Notes under the pieces: model-generated
The model's input: the letters and a program-made list of their open reading frames with translations, nothing else
Told to the model about the DNA's origin: nothing
Database searches by the model: none
Source of the DNA: Chrysomallon squamiferum
Taxonomy: Eukaryota; Animalia; Mollusca
Assembly (NCBI GenBank): GCA_012295275.1
Contig: CM022668.1
Coordinates: 5,456,001 to 5,520,000 of the forward strand
Direction: 5' to 3'
Length of the DNA stretch: 64,000 nucleotides
Shown: positions 51,031-63,600 of the stretch, piece after piece
Position numbering within the stretch: the stretch's first letter is position 1
How the letters are laid out: each line of letters opens with the position of its first letter
Made by a program: the position numbers and the translations under genes

Positions 51031-54000
51031 CTAGAATAAAACAGAAAAAAACCCTATTAACTTAATGGAAATATAAAGAATAAATTTAAGGGAGACAGAC
51101 AAAGAGAAACAAAGAGACAGAATGAGGGAGAGATTCAGTGATATGAATGTGGAGAGGCCAGACTGTCTTTTTCTTTATGAATCACTCATCAAGATACAGT
51201 AGTGGAGTGAGAGCAGGGAAACATGACTTGTACACTGGGGAAGTCAAATCTCTGGCAGTGCAGGTCTGTGTAAGCAGCACTGAACAAACCACAATGGCTT
51301 AAAAAACTAAACTGTTTGTATGTGACTGACCTCTCCCCTGTTAGCATGATGTCAATAATAGTAACAGATTGTTAAAGGATATAAAAAGAGAGGCAAATTG
51401 ATTCCTCATTCAACTGCCATCCTATTTTAGTTAACATACTTTGTAGTATATTTCCCAATCCAACCAGGATACTTTCCATTACAACCAAGCTATTTCCCAT
51501 TCAAACCAGAATATTGTGAACCTTTTGTTAACAGACCTTTCTGACCAAAGAAAAAAGATCCTTTTCTGCTAATCCCAAATTAGTAAAATCTTTATTTGAA
51601 CACATACCTCGAGGATTGGCATTCATTTTGTAATAGTCAGCACTCTGCTCTTGGACACCTCGAAAATAACTGGCTGAAGATTTTCAACAAAAAAATAAGT
51701 TAAAAATTAAAAATTTGTAATAAATAAGTAACAGAATTCAAAGTAAATTCTACTATAAAATTAAATTAAATGCAGCTTAACGTGATTTCTGCAACCAAGC
51801 TATTTCCCATTCATACCAGAATATTGTGAACCTTTTGTTAACAGACCTTTCTGACCTAAGAAAAAATATCCTTTTTGCTAATCTCAAATTAGTAAAATCT
51901 TTATTTTAACACATACCTCGAGGATTGGCATTCATTTTGTAGCAGGCAGCACGCTGCTCTTGGACACCTCGAAAATCACTTGCTGAAGATTTTCAACAAA
52001 AAAAAAGTTAAAAAAATTAAAAATTAATAATAAATAAGTAACAGAATTCAAAGTAAGTACTCTATAAAATTAAAATAAATGCAATTTAATGTGATTTCTT
52101 TATTTGTTTTGTGATGTCAGTTATTTGCTAATAATAAAGATTAATGACAATATAACAAAGAATAAAATGATGTAGGTGTATAATGTGTATCCATGTTTCC
52201 AAAAAAAAAAAAAAAATTAATTATATTGACAATGATGATGATAATAAGTATGAAGTCACATTTATGTTTATTTTCTTCAAACCATCTGAAAAAGTACTAG
52301 AAATAAATTACTGTTATTAAATTGGAATGTTATTGACTAGCAAAATTACATGTCAATATCATGATCACATTAAATTCATGTTATAATGTTGTAATTTTAC
52401 TTGACCAGTATTGATACAATGTTTCTCATATACTGTAGTTACAAAAAGTCAACTGGAAGTTCACAGGTTTATACTTTGTTTAAAAACTAACAGTTTCAAA
52501 TATCTTCTTATTCTGTACTTCATTATTAGAAAAACATTTTCTCCAAAAGCAAAATGAAAAATTAATAAACTGTATAATTACCCGCTCTGTTAACTTCATG
52601 TGCCCTTTATCCTTTTATGCTGATCTCAGGATCTGAAACCAAAATATTTTCATAAAAAAATAAAAACAGTAGATGGAATTTTAGACATAAATTAAAATCT
52701 CTCTCTCACACACAAACACTTACATAAATGCAAACAAAAAGTGTAGAATTATGTTGTATACATATTTATAAATTACTGCTAATGCTATAATACTTGAATA
52801 AAAATAATTAGACACAAAAAACAATCAACTGGATGTAAACAGATTTACACTTTTTGTCTAAAAAATAATAAAGATACAAATATCTTATTATTCTGTACTT
52901 CATTATTAGAAATAAATGCTGTCCAAACGAAATGAAAAACAAATAAAATGTATAGTTACCTTTCCTGTTAGCTGCATGTACCCTCTGCTTGCTCAAGCTG
53001 ATATCAGGACCTGAAACCAAAATATTTTCATCAAAATTAAATGTAGAAGATCAAAAGCAAGATATAAATAATAATCACAGAAACACACATATAAAATGAT
53101 ATACATATATAAAATGTAACTAGAGACATAAAATCATAATAGAATTTAGTCACTGCTGAATGAAAGTTTGTGATAAAGTCTCGAGGGTTAATGACAATGG
53201 CACTGAAATAGCTTAAACTTTTCACTCTCTGAATATGTCACGGATTAGTGTATCAGGTATAGCTGAAAAAAAAATGAAAATATGAAAAATGAATGAAATA
53301 ATAATTAAAAATTAAGAAAATTTAACACAAATAAACAGATGTGATAATAATAATAATAATAATAAGAGACAATGATGATAATTATAATGATGATGAATGA
53401 ATCAATGAATGAATGAATAATGAAAAAAATGTAATAAATAAACAGACAAATAGAAAAAGTAGAAAACAAAAGATAATCCATTATCTTTGTAAGTGAAAAC
53501 ATTGTATGTCAAAACGATATAACCGTATTAATTCAGAAATGGAACCAGTGAATCACCACTTAAATACAGATCTACAAATTTCAACAGCAAACTGAGGAAA
53601 AAATTAAAATGAATATAAAAAATTTAATTAATACAAGGAAGTAAAATTAAGCATTTCAATTTAAAGTGAATATTTCCAAGGGTAAAGTACTGCGTGTTTG
53701 ACATATTCCGAGCAATATAACAGATTAGTTCATCTGAAAAAAGAGCTAAAATAAAAAATAAGAAAAAAGAATGAAATAATAACAAATAATTAAGAAAATT
53801 TAATTAAAAACAAACAAACACATATAATAAGAATAATTCATAATGATGATGATTTTAATGATAATCAATGAATGAATAAGGAACAAAATGTAATAAATAA
53901 ATAGACAAATAAAAGAAATACCTATAAATACTAACCACACACACATAATGTAACAAGTGACTAAAAAGAACATAAACAAATTAATTCACTAGTAAATGAA

Positions 54001-54135
54001 ATTGTGTGATAAAGTCTTGAGGGATAATGGTAATGACACTGAAATAACTTAAACTTTTCATTCTCTGAATTCTAGAATAATTGTCAAATGTTTTGTATTT
54101 TCAGAGTGCTGATTTACTTCAAACTAACACATTAC

Positions 54136-54421
54136 CTTGTGGCTGTTTTCCAAACATGGTTTCCAGTGCTGCTATTAGTACATCTATCATTTTGCAGTTT
54201 TCCATTGCGTTGGACAACACTGTTATCTTTTCTCTATCATCAATGCTTTTTTGTTTTCTGGAGCCACAGTTCCATCATTTCCATATTTCTCTTTTCATGT
54301 GAATCACAGAGCTTATTGAAATTATGTAGCTTTATGTCAGAAATATTCAGCTTGGTTCCAAGGGCAAAATACTGCTTGGTCGATAATTTCAGAAAGATAT
54401 CTTTCATTAGTACAAATACAT
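54136..54421 (-). pseudogene. Gene 3 death-domain exon with +1 frameshift
   Basis: 286 nt (3n+1); extra base in the T6 run at 54247-54252; otherwise aligns with the gene 1 DD (QYFALGTKLNI..MMELWLQ..LSNAMENC). Confidence 0.78.
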
Positions 54422-54860
54422 CTGAAAAAAAAAGGAAAGGAGTTAGAATTTAAAAAATATGAAAAAAAAATGAAATAATAAGGAATAAATAATAAAATTT
54501 AATAAATAAAGAAATAATAAAAATATATAGTATTTGAATAAAATTAGACTAATTATGGATGCGGACATTTTCCATTTTATTGTGGAATTATTAAGTTTAT
54601 ACAGAAATGGTGAAATTCTCAATGGAACAATTAACAGTTAATAGAAAAGTTGAAATCATTGACAGAACTAATGAGATATGCTAAAATACAGAAATCCTTG
54701 ATTCCAAGAATTAATTACTGAAACAATGATGTAATCTGATCATTTACAGGAATATTTCTACATTAATTTATTTTCAAAGTAAAGTTACAATACAAATTAA
54801 GTTATCAGATTTATGATTCATGGGTCATTTATGAAAGCTTTTGGCCGTTTCTTTTTTTAC

Positions 54861-55545
54861 CTGGTTCGGAAGTAGGACTTTGTGTAAGTTGAGGATTCTT
54901 TGGTACAGTAGGCTGCTGATATTTTCCTTGCACCTCTTGTATTGGAAGGCATACTGGTTGTTCAAGTTTATTTCCACTCTTCATCAATGCTGACTGATCT
55001 GCTGTAGACATTGTACCAACACCCATCCACTGCTTGTAGTTCATTGTTTTTTCCACCAAATCAGATCTTCCTATCTGCTTAAAAGAACCTTCCAAAATGT
55101 CAACATTTTCAGGACTAATTTTTTTAATCTGTTCAAGAATGAGAAAAATATCCAGCACACTGTGAATCTTTTGTTGCTTTGTTCTAGGAATGTCTGCAGA
55201 ACAAAACAACAACAACTGACGCAAGTCCTCTTCTCCGATTTGATTAGAAAGATCAACAAGTAGATTTCTGTATGCTGAAAAATGTGATCCAAATAAGTCC
55301 AGATGTTTATCCAGTTCTTTCTTGTCAACCTTTAATTTTTTCACAAGATCTAACCTCATAGTACGTTTTGACATCTCAGCCAAAGTCCACTTATTTGTTT
55401 CATTCAGTTTGCCTGTTTCCTCAAGAAAGCTGAACAGTTCAGTTCCCTTCTTTATATGTTCCAGTTGACTCAGTGGAGCAAACTCGCGACACAAGAATTT
55501 CAGAGAATCAATGTTCTCCTTGTGCACCTCCCTCATCCTCTGCAT
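54861..55545 (-). CDS. Gene 3 tandem DED exon (N-terminally truncated)
   Basis: ORF 54829..55545 is highly similar to 20019..20822; donor at 54860-54859. Confidence 0.8.
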
Positions 55546-56461
55546 CCACTCACAAAGTGTTAGATATTTTGTTTCTTATCTATTAGACACAGGGTATGTA
55601 GCTCTTTTCTGGAAAAAAGGATACAGACACAATTTAAATTAAGTCACACCTGGGAACAACTGATCATTATATTTACTTTCACTGTGGGCTTACACATACT
55701 TCTATAAAATTAAAAAATTGGTGTGATCTATAAGATGTATATTATATGTTTCCCCATCTGTAAGCAAACATCAGTATTAGCATTTAGTATATTTGTGTTT
55801 CCCAGTGAGAGACTGGGGAAAACATCTGACAATATTAGCATATGAACTAAATAGACAGTAGGCATTAATTTTCATTATAATTTATATCCAAAACCAAACC
55901 CAGGTTAATCACTAAATTCAGTTTTGTTTATAAAGTACTGGTCAATTTTGTGGTGGTGGTTGTTGCTGTTGTTACCATGAATAATCAAATATTCTTTGGA
56001 GATGTGGTAAGTTACTTGTTGAAACCTATCTATGAAAAGCAGCAGTACTGAGTAGTTAATTTTATTTTAAAGCACTGTTAAATTTACAAAGAAGCAAAAA
56101 TTAATATTTTGGAAAATAATAACAGCAATAACAACAAGAACAGCAGTAATTATAATATAAGGACTAATTTGTTGTCTTTTAACGTAACTCATTTTAATGG
56201 ACCAAAGGAAGATATTTTGATGATTCTAAATAATAAGCCGATTATAAGGTGTATAAATGAATTATCTGATTAGAAAATACAAATAATAATAATAATGAAG
56301 AAGAAATGAATAAATAAAAAGAAATTTTGCTATGCAACAATTGTGAGGTTAGTCTCTATGGTGTACTTCCATCATATTATCATCATCATCATCATCATTA
56401 TTTTCGCATCAGTCTGCTGCTTTCTCTCGTTTTCATTCAGGCATTTTTGTTTTTCTTTCAG

Positions 56462-56562
56462 ATTTGTCTGATGTTGCAGAAAGGGGCAACACTTAAATGG
56501 GACGAGGTTCAGAAATCTCCATACGCCTTCCTTGATCATACCTGTTTGGATTCGATAATGAT
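56462..56562 (+). pseudogene. Captured fragment of a GH18 chitinase-like exon
   Basis: tttctttcag|ICLMLQKGATLKWDEVQKSPYAFLDHT then (1-nt frameshift) FGFDND matches the GH18 pattern IC..L..GAT..WD..Q.VPYA....WVGYDN. Confidence 0.65.
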
Positions 56563-57104
56563 AATCAACAAAGACTCAAAGTATCGCGATTTCCATTAGT
56601 AAGAACTATTTCCGAAGTGGCAGCGTAATATTTTCCTGTTAAGACCTGAGGAATGCCGGCTGGCGCTGACGTGAAGAACAAAGAAACAAAAAATAATTCA
56701 TAGCAACCTGATCTCGCGGCTACAACTCATTTAACCTGTCATATGAACAGCGCCATCACGATTTCTTCCTTCGTAACGTTCACCGTCACCCTCGCGCTCA
56801 AAGTTTTCAAAGTTACTTGCTGAAACCGATATATAAAAAGCAGCAGTATTGAGTAATTAATTTTATTTTAAAATATTTATTGGGAAAAGTATTTATCAGT
56901 GATAAAGTATGTTAATTATGAATAATCAAAAGTGAAAACTATTGTTGTATCTTACTGACTTCTAAAACAATTAAACTTTTATGTTGAAATATTAAACGAT
57001 TTCGTTTCGTTTTACGATACTTCTGTTTAGTGACCAACTCATTAAAATCAAAACAACCTGAAGCTCTTACAATAACTGATTGTATTAGACTATCAAGCGT
57101 TTAC

Positions 57105-57220
57105 CTACCAGTCCACAGTAGTGGCAAGCATAAATATTCTGTCTTTAAATCAATTATATTTATAATTTTCCTCAGGACAGTCCATTGCATGACACTCGGA
57201 GTCAGAGTGATTTCCCCTTT
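57105..57220 (-). promoter_or_regulatory. Gene 3 first exon and promoter: TATA box and kB-like site
   Basis: Donor after 57105; TATAAA (minus strand) at 57164-57159; GTGATTTCCC at 57207-57216. Confidence 0.5.
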
Positions 57221-57557
57221 CTTAAGGCCGTTTTCGTTTTTGGCAAATTTCAGTTTTATAATGTTAAGATTCTTCGAAACCAAAAGCAGGTGTAGATGAT
57301 TATCTGGTTAAAACAAGAAAAACAAAGAAGAAAATGAAGATATTGCTATTTGTACTAAATGCTAACACTGACGTACGTTTCAATCTGTGAGAAATGAAAA
57401 CCGGTTTGCAACAATCGAACATCGTGTATCGTAGTTCTTGGTACATAACTCTTGACTGTACTCTTAGCTTAAAAGTGTTTATTTGTACTCACTATAGTAT
57501 AGATCATTAATAAAAAAAATATAATTAAAATTGTTAGTTTTTTTGCTGTTGTTGTTT

Positions 57558-57609
<52 letters not shown>

Positions 57610-58862
57610 TAAATATAATTAAGTACTAACTATCCATCATAAATAATATAAATAATTTTAATGAAATATACATAAAGAAAATACTCACCGGCTTCGGATA
57701 TCAAATCTCATTAAATAATAATAATAATACAACATACGCAATACTTATACAGCTGCTGGTACTACTACCCCTATTAATATCTATCTACACCGCAATCACG
57801 ACTACTACTACCGCTACCACTGCTATTTCTATTACCACTATAACTATTGCTACCACTACCACTACCACTAATAATAATACTATTATCCTAATACTGCGGC
57901 TACTATAGACTTTTTGCATTATGTAACTACTTATATTGCTACTGTTTCTACTTCAGTAATTACTACTGCTACTACTATTAAACTACATCTACCACTGCTA
58001 ACACCTCTTTCCCTTCCTGTTTTTCTCGCTACTCATCTGTATGTCTGTCCGTGTGTATATGCATGACTTCCAGAAATAAAGAAAAGTTGATACTATCATC
58101 ATCATTATTATCATTATATTCATAATTAGCATTATTATTATTATTATTATCATCATCATCATCATCATCATATGTTTAACCGTCCTCTTAGAACAAATTA
58201 AAACTACAGAATAAAAAAAATAAAAAAAAAATAAAAATGTTTAAATCTCAATATTTTCTTTAAAAAAGAAGAGGAAGATAACCAAAGCACAAAACATAAA
58301 ACCAGATCAACGTTTATCACCTCATTTGACAGTTCAGGAAAATCTTTCTAAAACTGTTTACGTGTTTTTATGAACATCTCTCTCCAGTTTCTTTAATAGT
58401 TTTCCGTATTTTGGAGCAAAACATATTTTTATCGACCGCCAAACATCAACCTCCGAGGAACAAGTTCAAATAAATTTTAATACCTCAGAGAACATTTCAC
58501 AGCGTCTTGTTCCGCCATTACTGTTGCTACGAAGATATTTACAAAACGATATATGCAGGTAATAATTTGAATATTAATCGCTAATGATAAAATAAATGTT
58601 AATTTATTCCTTTATTTCTTTTTTTTTTAAAGAAAATACTGTTATGTAACCTGGGTTCTTTTTTTTTTCTAATTATAGTATGTTCCACGAGGACTATTAA
58701 ATATTGGATGATGATAATGATAATAATAATAATAATAATAAAGGTAACGATAACGATAACAATAATAATAATGATAATGATAATAATAGTAATAATAAAA
58801 CACACTTTTCATTTTTCCCCCCTCCCCAGTATATGTTTTTATTGTTTTATTTTAGAAAAGTG

Positions 58863-58914
58863 ATGGATGCCATGTTTCTGCCTGTGTTTTTATTTCTTTT
58901 GATGACCGAAGCTG
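58863..58914 (+). CDS. Second copy of the orphan signal-peptide-like exon
   Basis: Identical coding sequence to 38915-38966; donor G|gttagt; candidate upstream non-coding exon with CCGCCAT (58512) and CAG|gtaata donor at 58558/58559. Confidence 0.4.
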
Positions 58915-61029
58915 GTTAGTATTTTCTTAATGTGTATTTTATTAACATTATTTATGTTATTTATTTGTTTCTTTGGTTAATTGGATGGTTGTTTATTCCT
59001 TATATTATTTATTTACTTGTTCTTAGTCTTTATTCTTGTATAAATGTTTATCCATGATGAAATTTAATGTTGAAATAATTATATTAGGCCTTTGGGAAAA
59101 GCAGTTACTGTTTTCATTGTGATTGATATTTTATTTCTTTTCATTTTATACTTTTTTATTGTTTTTTTTTAATTTAGTTATATTAATCAAATTTTGTAGA
59201 TTTGTGTTTATTTCTTTAAAGTAAAGCCAACAGATAAAATAATAATGTTTGTTCATTTAATCTAGTTTTAATATTTTTTATATTGTGTTTATTCATGGTG
59301 ATCAAATTCAAAATAATAAATATAAAGTAATAATCTTTCTTCCTTGTACATTAATCATTTTCAACAAGTCAAGTGCAGTTTGATTATTTTAATGAGATAT
59401 CTATTGTAAATATACACAACGGGTATAATAACTGATATATTTTTCTCATTCATTAACAGATCTCAAGGCTTACTGGTAATTTTTAACTTTTGTTTTAAAT
59501 GGCAGAACATTTTAAAAACTTAAAATTTCCATGCATGAAAACAATGACAGACATCTTAATACTGTATGAATTATTCAAAATTTTTCTTTTTCTTTTTATA
59601 ATTTTTTTTTTCCAACAAATAAGTGGTAATGGTTATTTCAATTAAATTTTAACAGCTGTTTTATTCATAAATTTATTTTGCGCCCCCCCCAAAAAAATTA
59701 AATATTTTATTATTTCTGTTAAATTTGATGTGTAATTTTAATACTGTATAGTTTCTTGTCTAAAATTGAACAATTCTATTTTTTCTTATATGTAGTCAGA
59801 CAATATAGTGACTTAGGTTTGAATTCACTGGAACTGAATCTGTCTGAATATCAGAACTTACCTCAGATATTTTGATAAATTCGAGCAACTGCTTTCTTCT
59901 TATCGTTAGCGAGTATAAACGGCGTCGTCTATACTTTAGAAGAACCAATCAGAATGCACCTACATGTAACAGAAAATGTTCATCCGGTTCTAAAAATAAA
60001 TTATTTTATTATTTCTGTTAAATTTGGTGTGTAATTTTAACACTATGCAGTTTCTTGTGTAAAATTAAACAATTCTATTTTTTCTTATATATAGTCAGAC
60101 AATATATATAGTTGATGTGAAAAAAAAAATACATATACCGTATATACATGATACATTGATAGGTATCTTTTGTTTGCTGTCAAAGCACAGGAAGTACGAA
60201 CACAAAGCCAAGAAAATTATTTTGTCTGCTTCAAATGACAGTTACAATACCTGTGTCTTTAATTGTCATGATTACATACACATTGTATTGCTCCTAATAA
60301 AGACCGGCAACACCTTTCTGGAGTAGACTCCAAGGATTATACCAGTTTATGTATTACAGAGGACTATAGTTAACATCAAATGCTAGTAATCGGCAAAACA
60401 ATATTAATTCGTTTATTTCAGAACGAATACATATTATATTTAGTAAAAGTCACAACATCCAATAAAACATGCATCCTACAAGCTATTAAAAATATAATCA
60501 ACATAGATTATAGAAATATAATCATTTCAAACAGCACCAGTTATTTGTAGTTGCACATGACTAGGTAGGAAACAATTTACGGCTATTGTAAATAAAATCA
60601 ACGCGATTTCGGTCTGTAGAAAACGTAAATTAACGGCGATTTCACTAAGCACGTTCTATAATGTACACGCTGAAAATAAGAACATTCAAGAAAAACATAC
60701 AGCAAACAAGTTATTAAAAACAGAAAATTAATCATATTAAAAGCGACACACCTTTCTAGTTGTACATACGGCAATTTCGGTAGGGTAGAAAACGTACTAT
60801 AATGTACTCGCTGAAAATAAGAACATTCGAGAAGGAAAAACATTCAACCAATATAAAAAACATAGAAATATAGTCATTTTCAACAGCGCCAGATCTTTCT
60901 AGCACATTTTAAAATTAAAACGCAAGCACACATGTATACACAATATTTTATTAAAAATGATATTTGAAATATTCGACAAATTGACCTTTCTAACTGTACA
61001 TAAAATCTACTAGACTTCAAAATTAAATA

Positions 61030-63600
61030 TTATATACTTAGATCATCCTCAATTAGATCTGCAGCCAGAGCATGGATGTTCATACAGTGGTCTACTGCAT
61101 CAGCATACGATTCATTTGCTCCCCAGTAGGCTACAACATATTTCTTACCTTTGGATATGATCTTCTCTATCTTTCCATTGTATATTGCTTTTTTTCCATC
61201 ATCAATCCACGTATGGCGAATCATGCTACCCACTGAATTCCCTGATAAAAGTTCACTTACCTTTTCCCATTTATAATCTGAGAGATCCAAGAATTCAACA
61301 GAGAGTTTGTCGATGTCTACACTTTTCAATCTTCTCTCCAATCTGTTCCTCTCTGTGGTCTCCTTTGCCTGCAGCTTCTGTACTTGTCTCCTGTTTTGTC
61401 CTTTCCTCAGATTCTTCTGCTTGGTACGCCTGTCCTGTCTGTGTTGTTGGCCTATGTGGATCGCCGTTTTAATAATACGATCTCTTGTCTCCGCGTCTAG
61501 GGCATCAAGCTAATCCACTGTCCTGTTTTTGATGGCCCTCATTTTACATGAGATGTAGCAGAGAGTAGCATTTGGGGATTTCTTCTGTAAGGAACTAAAC
61601 ATCCCCATGATCTCTTCTGCATCAATGTTGTGACATCTGGCCGACCTTGTCTCATCCCTCAGTCTCTCAGTGAGATCGCAGTGGAAGTATCTGTTGTACT
61701 GTCGTTCAAGGACAACAACTGTTGCATACAAACAACTCTTCATCATGTCTTTAGGTGCTGCTTGGAGCATCTCCAGAGTTGGTTCTTGCAAAAGTATATG
61801 TCCAAAAAAATCTATCTTGCATGACAGAGTGTCTTCAGGGGACTGTGCACTGACTTTCAGTTTGGCAATAACTTGCTTGACAAGCTCAATGCACTGAATG
61901 TGGTTTACTTGTTCTGGGGCAACTGCTGATTGGTAGAACTTGGTCATCCAAGTCCACTGAGCAGTTTCCCAATAAGTCCAAGCACCTGCATTTCCACTTG
62001 TGCAGGAACAGACACAAAGTCTGCTAGGATGCTATGCCGTAAACCACCACAAGATACACCCTTCTGCAGAAAACTCGTGAATAAATTATGGAAGCGAGTG
62101 AAAACGCCACATATATGAAAAAGGATATGTAGGCGGTCACCTCTGTATCTGGGTAAGTCCCACGTGCCAAGTTTTCGTGGTCCAGAAAAATGATGAAACC
62201 ACGAGGATCACCCTTGCTATCCATAAACCTCATTTTGTTCATCTGCACAACTATGTTTCCAGCCAAACAGTCTGTCCCTTTAAGTTTCTTTTCTATTCTG
62301 ATTTCTGCTTCACATACCTTTAGAGCAGCACGAGTTTTTGTTGCAATTGAGTCCAATGGATGCAAATGGCAATTTAATTCATTGAGTGTTTTGCTCCACG
62401 TTTCATTCAGAAGCTGAATTGCAGCATGATTTGCAGGGCATCGATCAGTAAGGGTATTACAAATATTAGAAATTATTTTTGTTCTTGCAGTTTGATAATC
62501 ATCCTCATGAAAGTTTGAGTATGTTCTGGCCAAGTTATTAATAGAGTCAGATATGTGCTCATGGTAATCATCAGCAGTCCCACCAGCCAGTTCATCAACT
62601 GCAGCAACATAACAGTTCTCTGTGTGGCAATGTGGACACTGTCACATGTGTGCCTCCTGTGTTGTGGCATCAAACCCAAGTGTGCAGCTTTTATTCTCAA
62701 TTACAGCTTCAGCTGCCTGTAATTCCGTTATTACTCCAAGTTCCCTTGTCATTGCCTCAGTAGTGGTTCTGTGTGGGATGTCCTTCAGTGGAACACCACA
62801 CCGCCAAAAAAAATTCTTAAGAAGAACAGGGATATTGCTGGTTGGCACCTGATTAACAATGGCATCAAATACCATCATTCTTAGGTCTGCAGAATAGACT
62901 TTTCCATTATATTTCCTCCTTCAATTAATTGTCCTTTCAATGGTAAAGGTGACAAAATCAAGATTTGCACACATTCTGGGTAGGATTCAGACATTAAGAT
63001 GTCATTTTAATGTTACTGTAGCTGATGCTAGTTTTTTTCTGTCCTTTCATTCATTTACTGGAATGTGCTAGTTAATGGAGTTTGACAGGAGTTTCGCCTA
63101 AACTCGACAGAATAGAATTCAAATCAAAGTCCTTTTCTGGTGAAACAACAACCAGCGGTTTGTCTGGCAAGTTATCACCAATTTCTCCCATGGTAATACC
63201 ACCCATACTAAAGCCATCCTCTGCAGGACCTTTGATTTCTGAAGGGTAATCAGACAGTCACAGTACAACTTGTCTCCTGGCACTAGTGTCTTTGGAGGAT
63301 TTACTAAGCATTTGTAAGTGCCCATGCTAACAATTCTTAAAGATCTAGTGCGTGCTTGCTCAGGGTGGCGATTAAGGGGATCACAACAGTTTTTCTGCAA
63401 TGTTGAAAATTTGATGAAAAGTTCTTGTTCATGATACTCTTGATGTCCTGTGTTTTGATCCCACTTCAAAGAGTGAGGAGTTCGACTTCCTCAGTTTTCC
63501 ATACACTTCGCAACAACTCCTTTTTGATATGATGGTGTTGATAACACACATTTTCAGGAGAGTTAAAGCTGCAGTTAGCCCTGGAAGAAATAAGGATTTT
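61030..63600 (-). mobile_element. Decayed DDE DNA transposon (CxxH-type transposase) with an N-terminal ARL14EP-like Cys/His domain and a C-terminal spindlin/Tudor-like domain
   Basis: Frameshifted ORFs: LGFDATTQ (D1), TLTDRCPAN (D2), NCHLHPLD (CxxH), HNIDAEEIMG (E); KNCCDPLNRH..LVPGDKLYCDC; VGSMIRHTW..YNGKI..LAADLIEDDL. Host homology with 40232 breaks at ~60137. Confidence 0.7.

Larger units (their letters stand above)
48394..55545 (-). pseudogene. Caspase-8-like gene 3: intact p20/p10 exons, damaged prodomain (probable pseudogene or splice-rescued variant)
   Basis: Exons 55545-54861 (DEDs; original ATG changed to ATA, 41-nt deletion), 54421-54136 (DD, +1 frameshift), 53010-52960, 52632-52582 (TAA), 51982-51917, 51673-51608, 51030-50932, 50528-50229 (SHG, QACQG), 49761-49599 (SYRS), 48526-48394. 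Confidence 0.75.
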
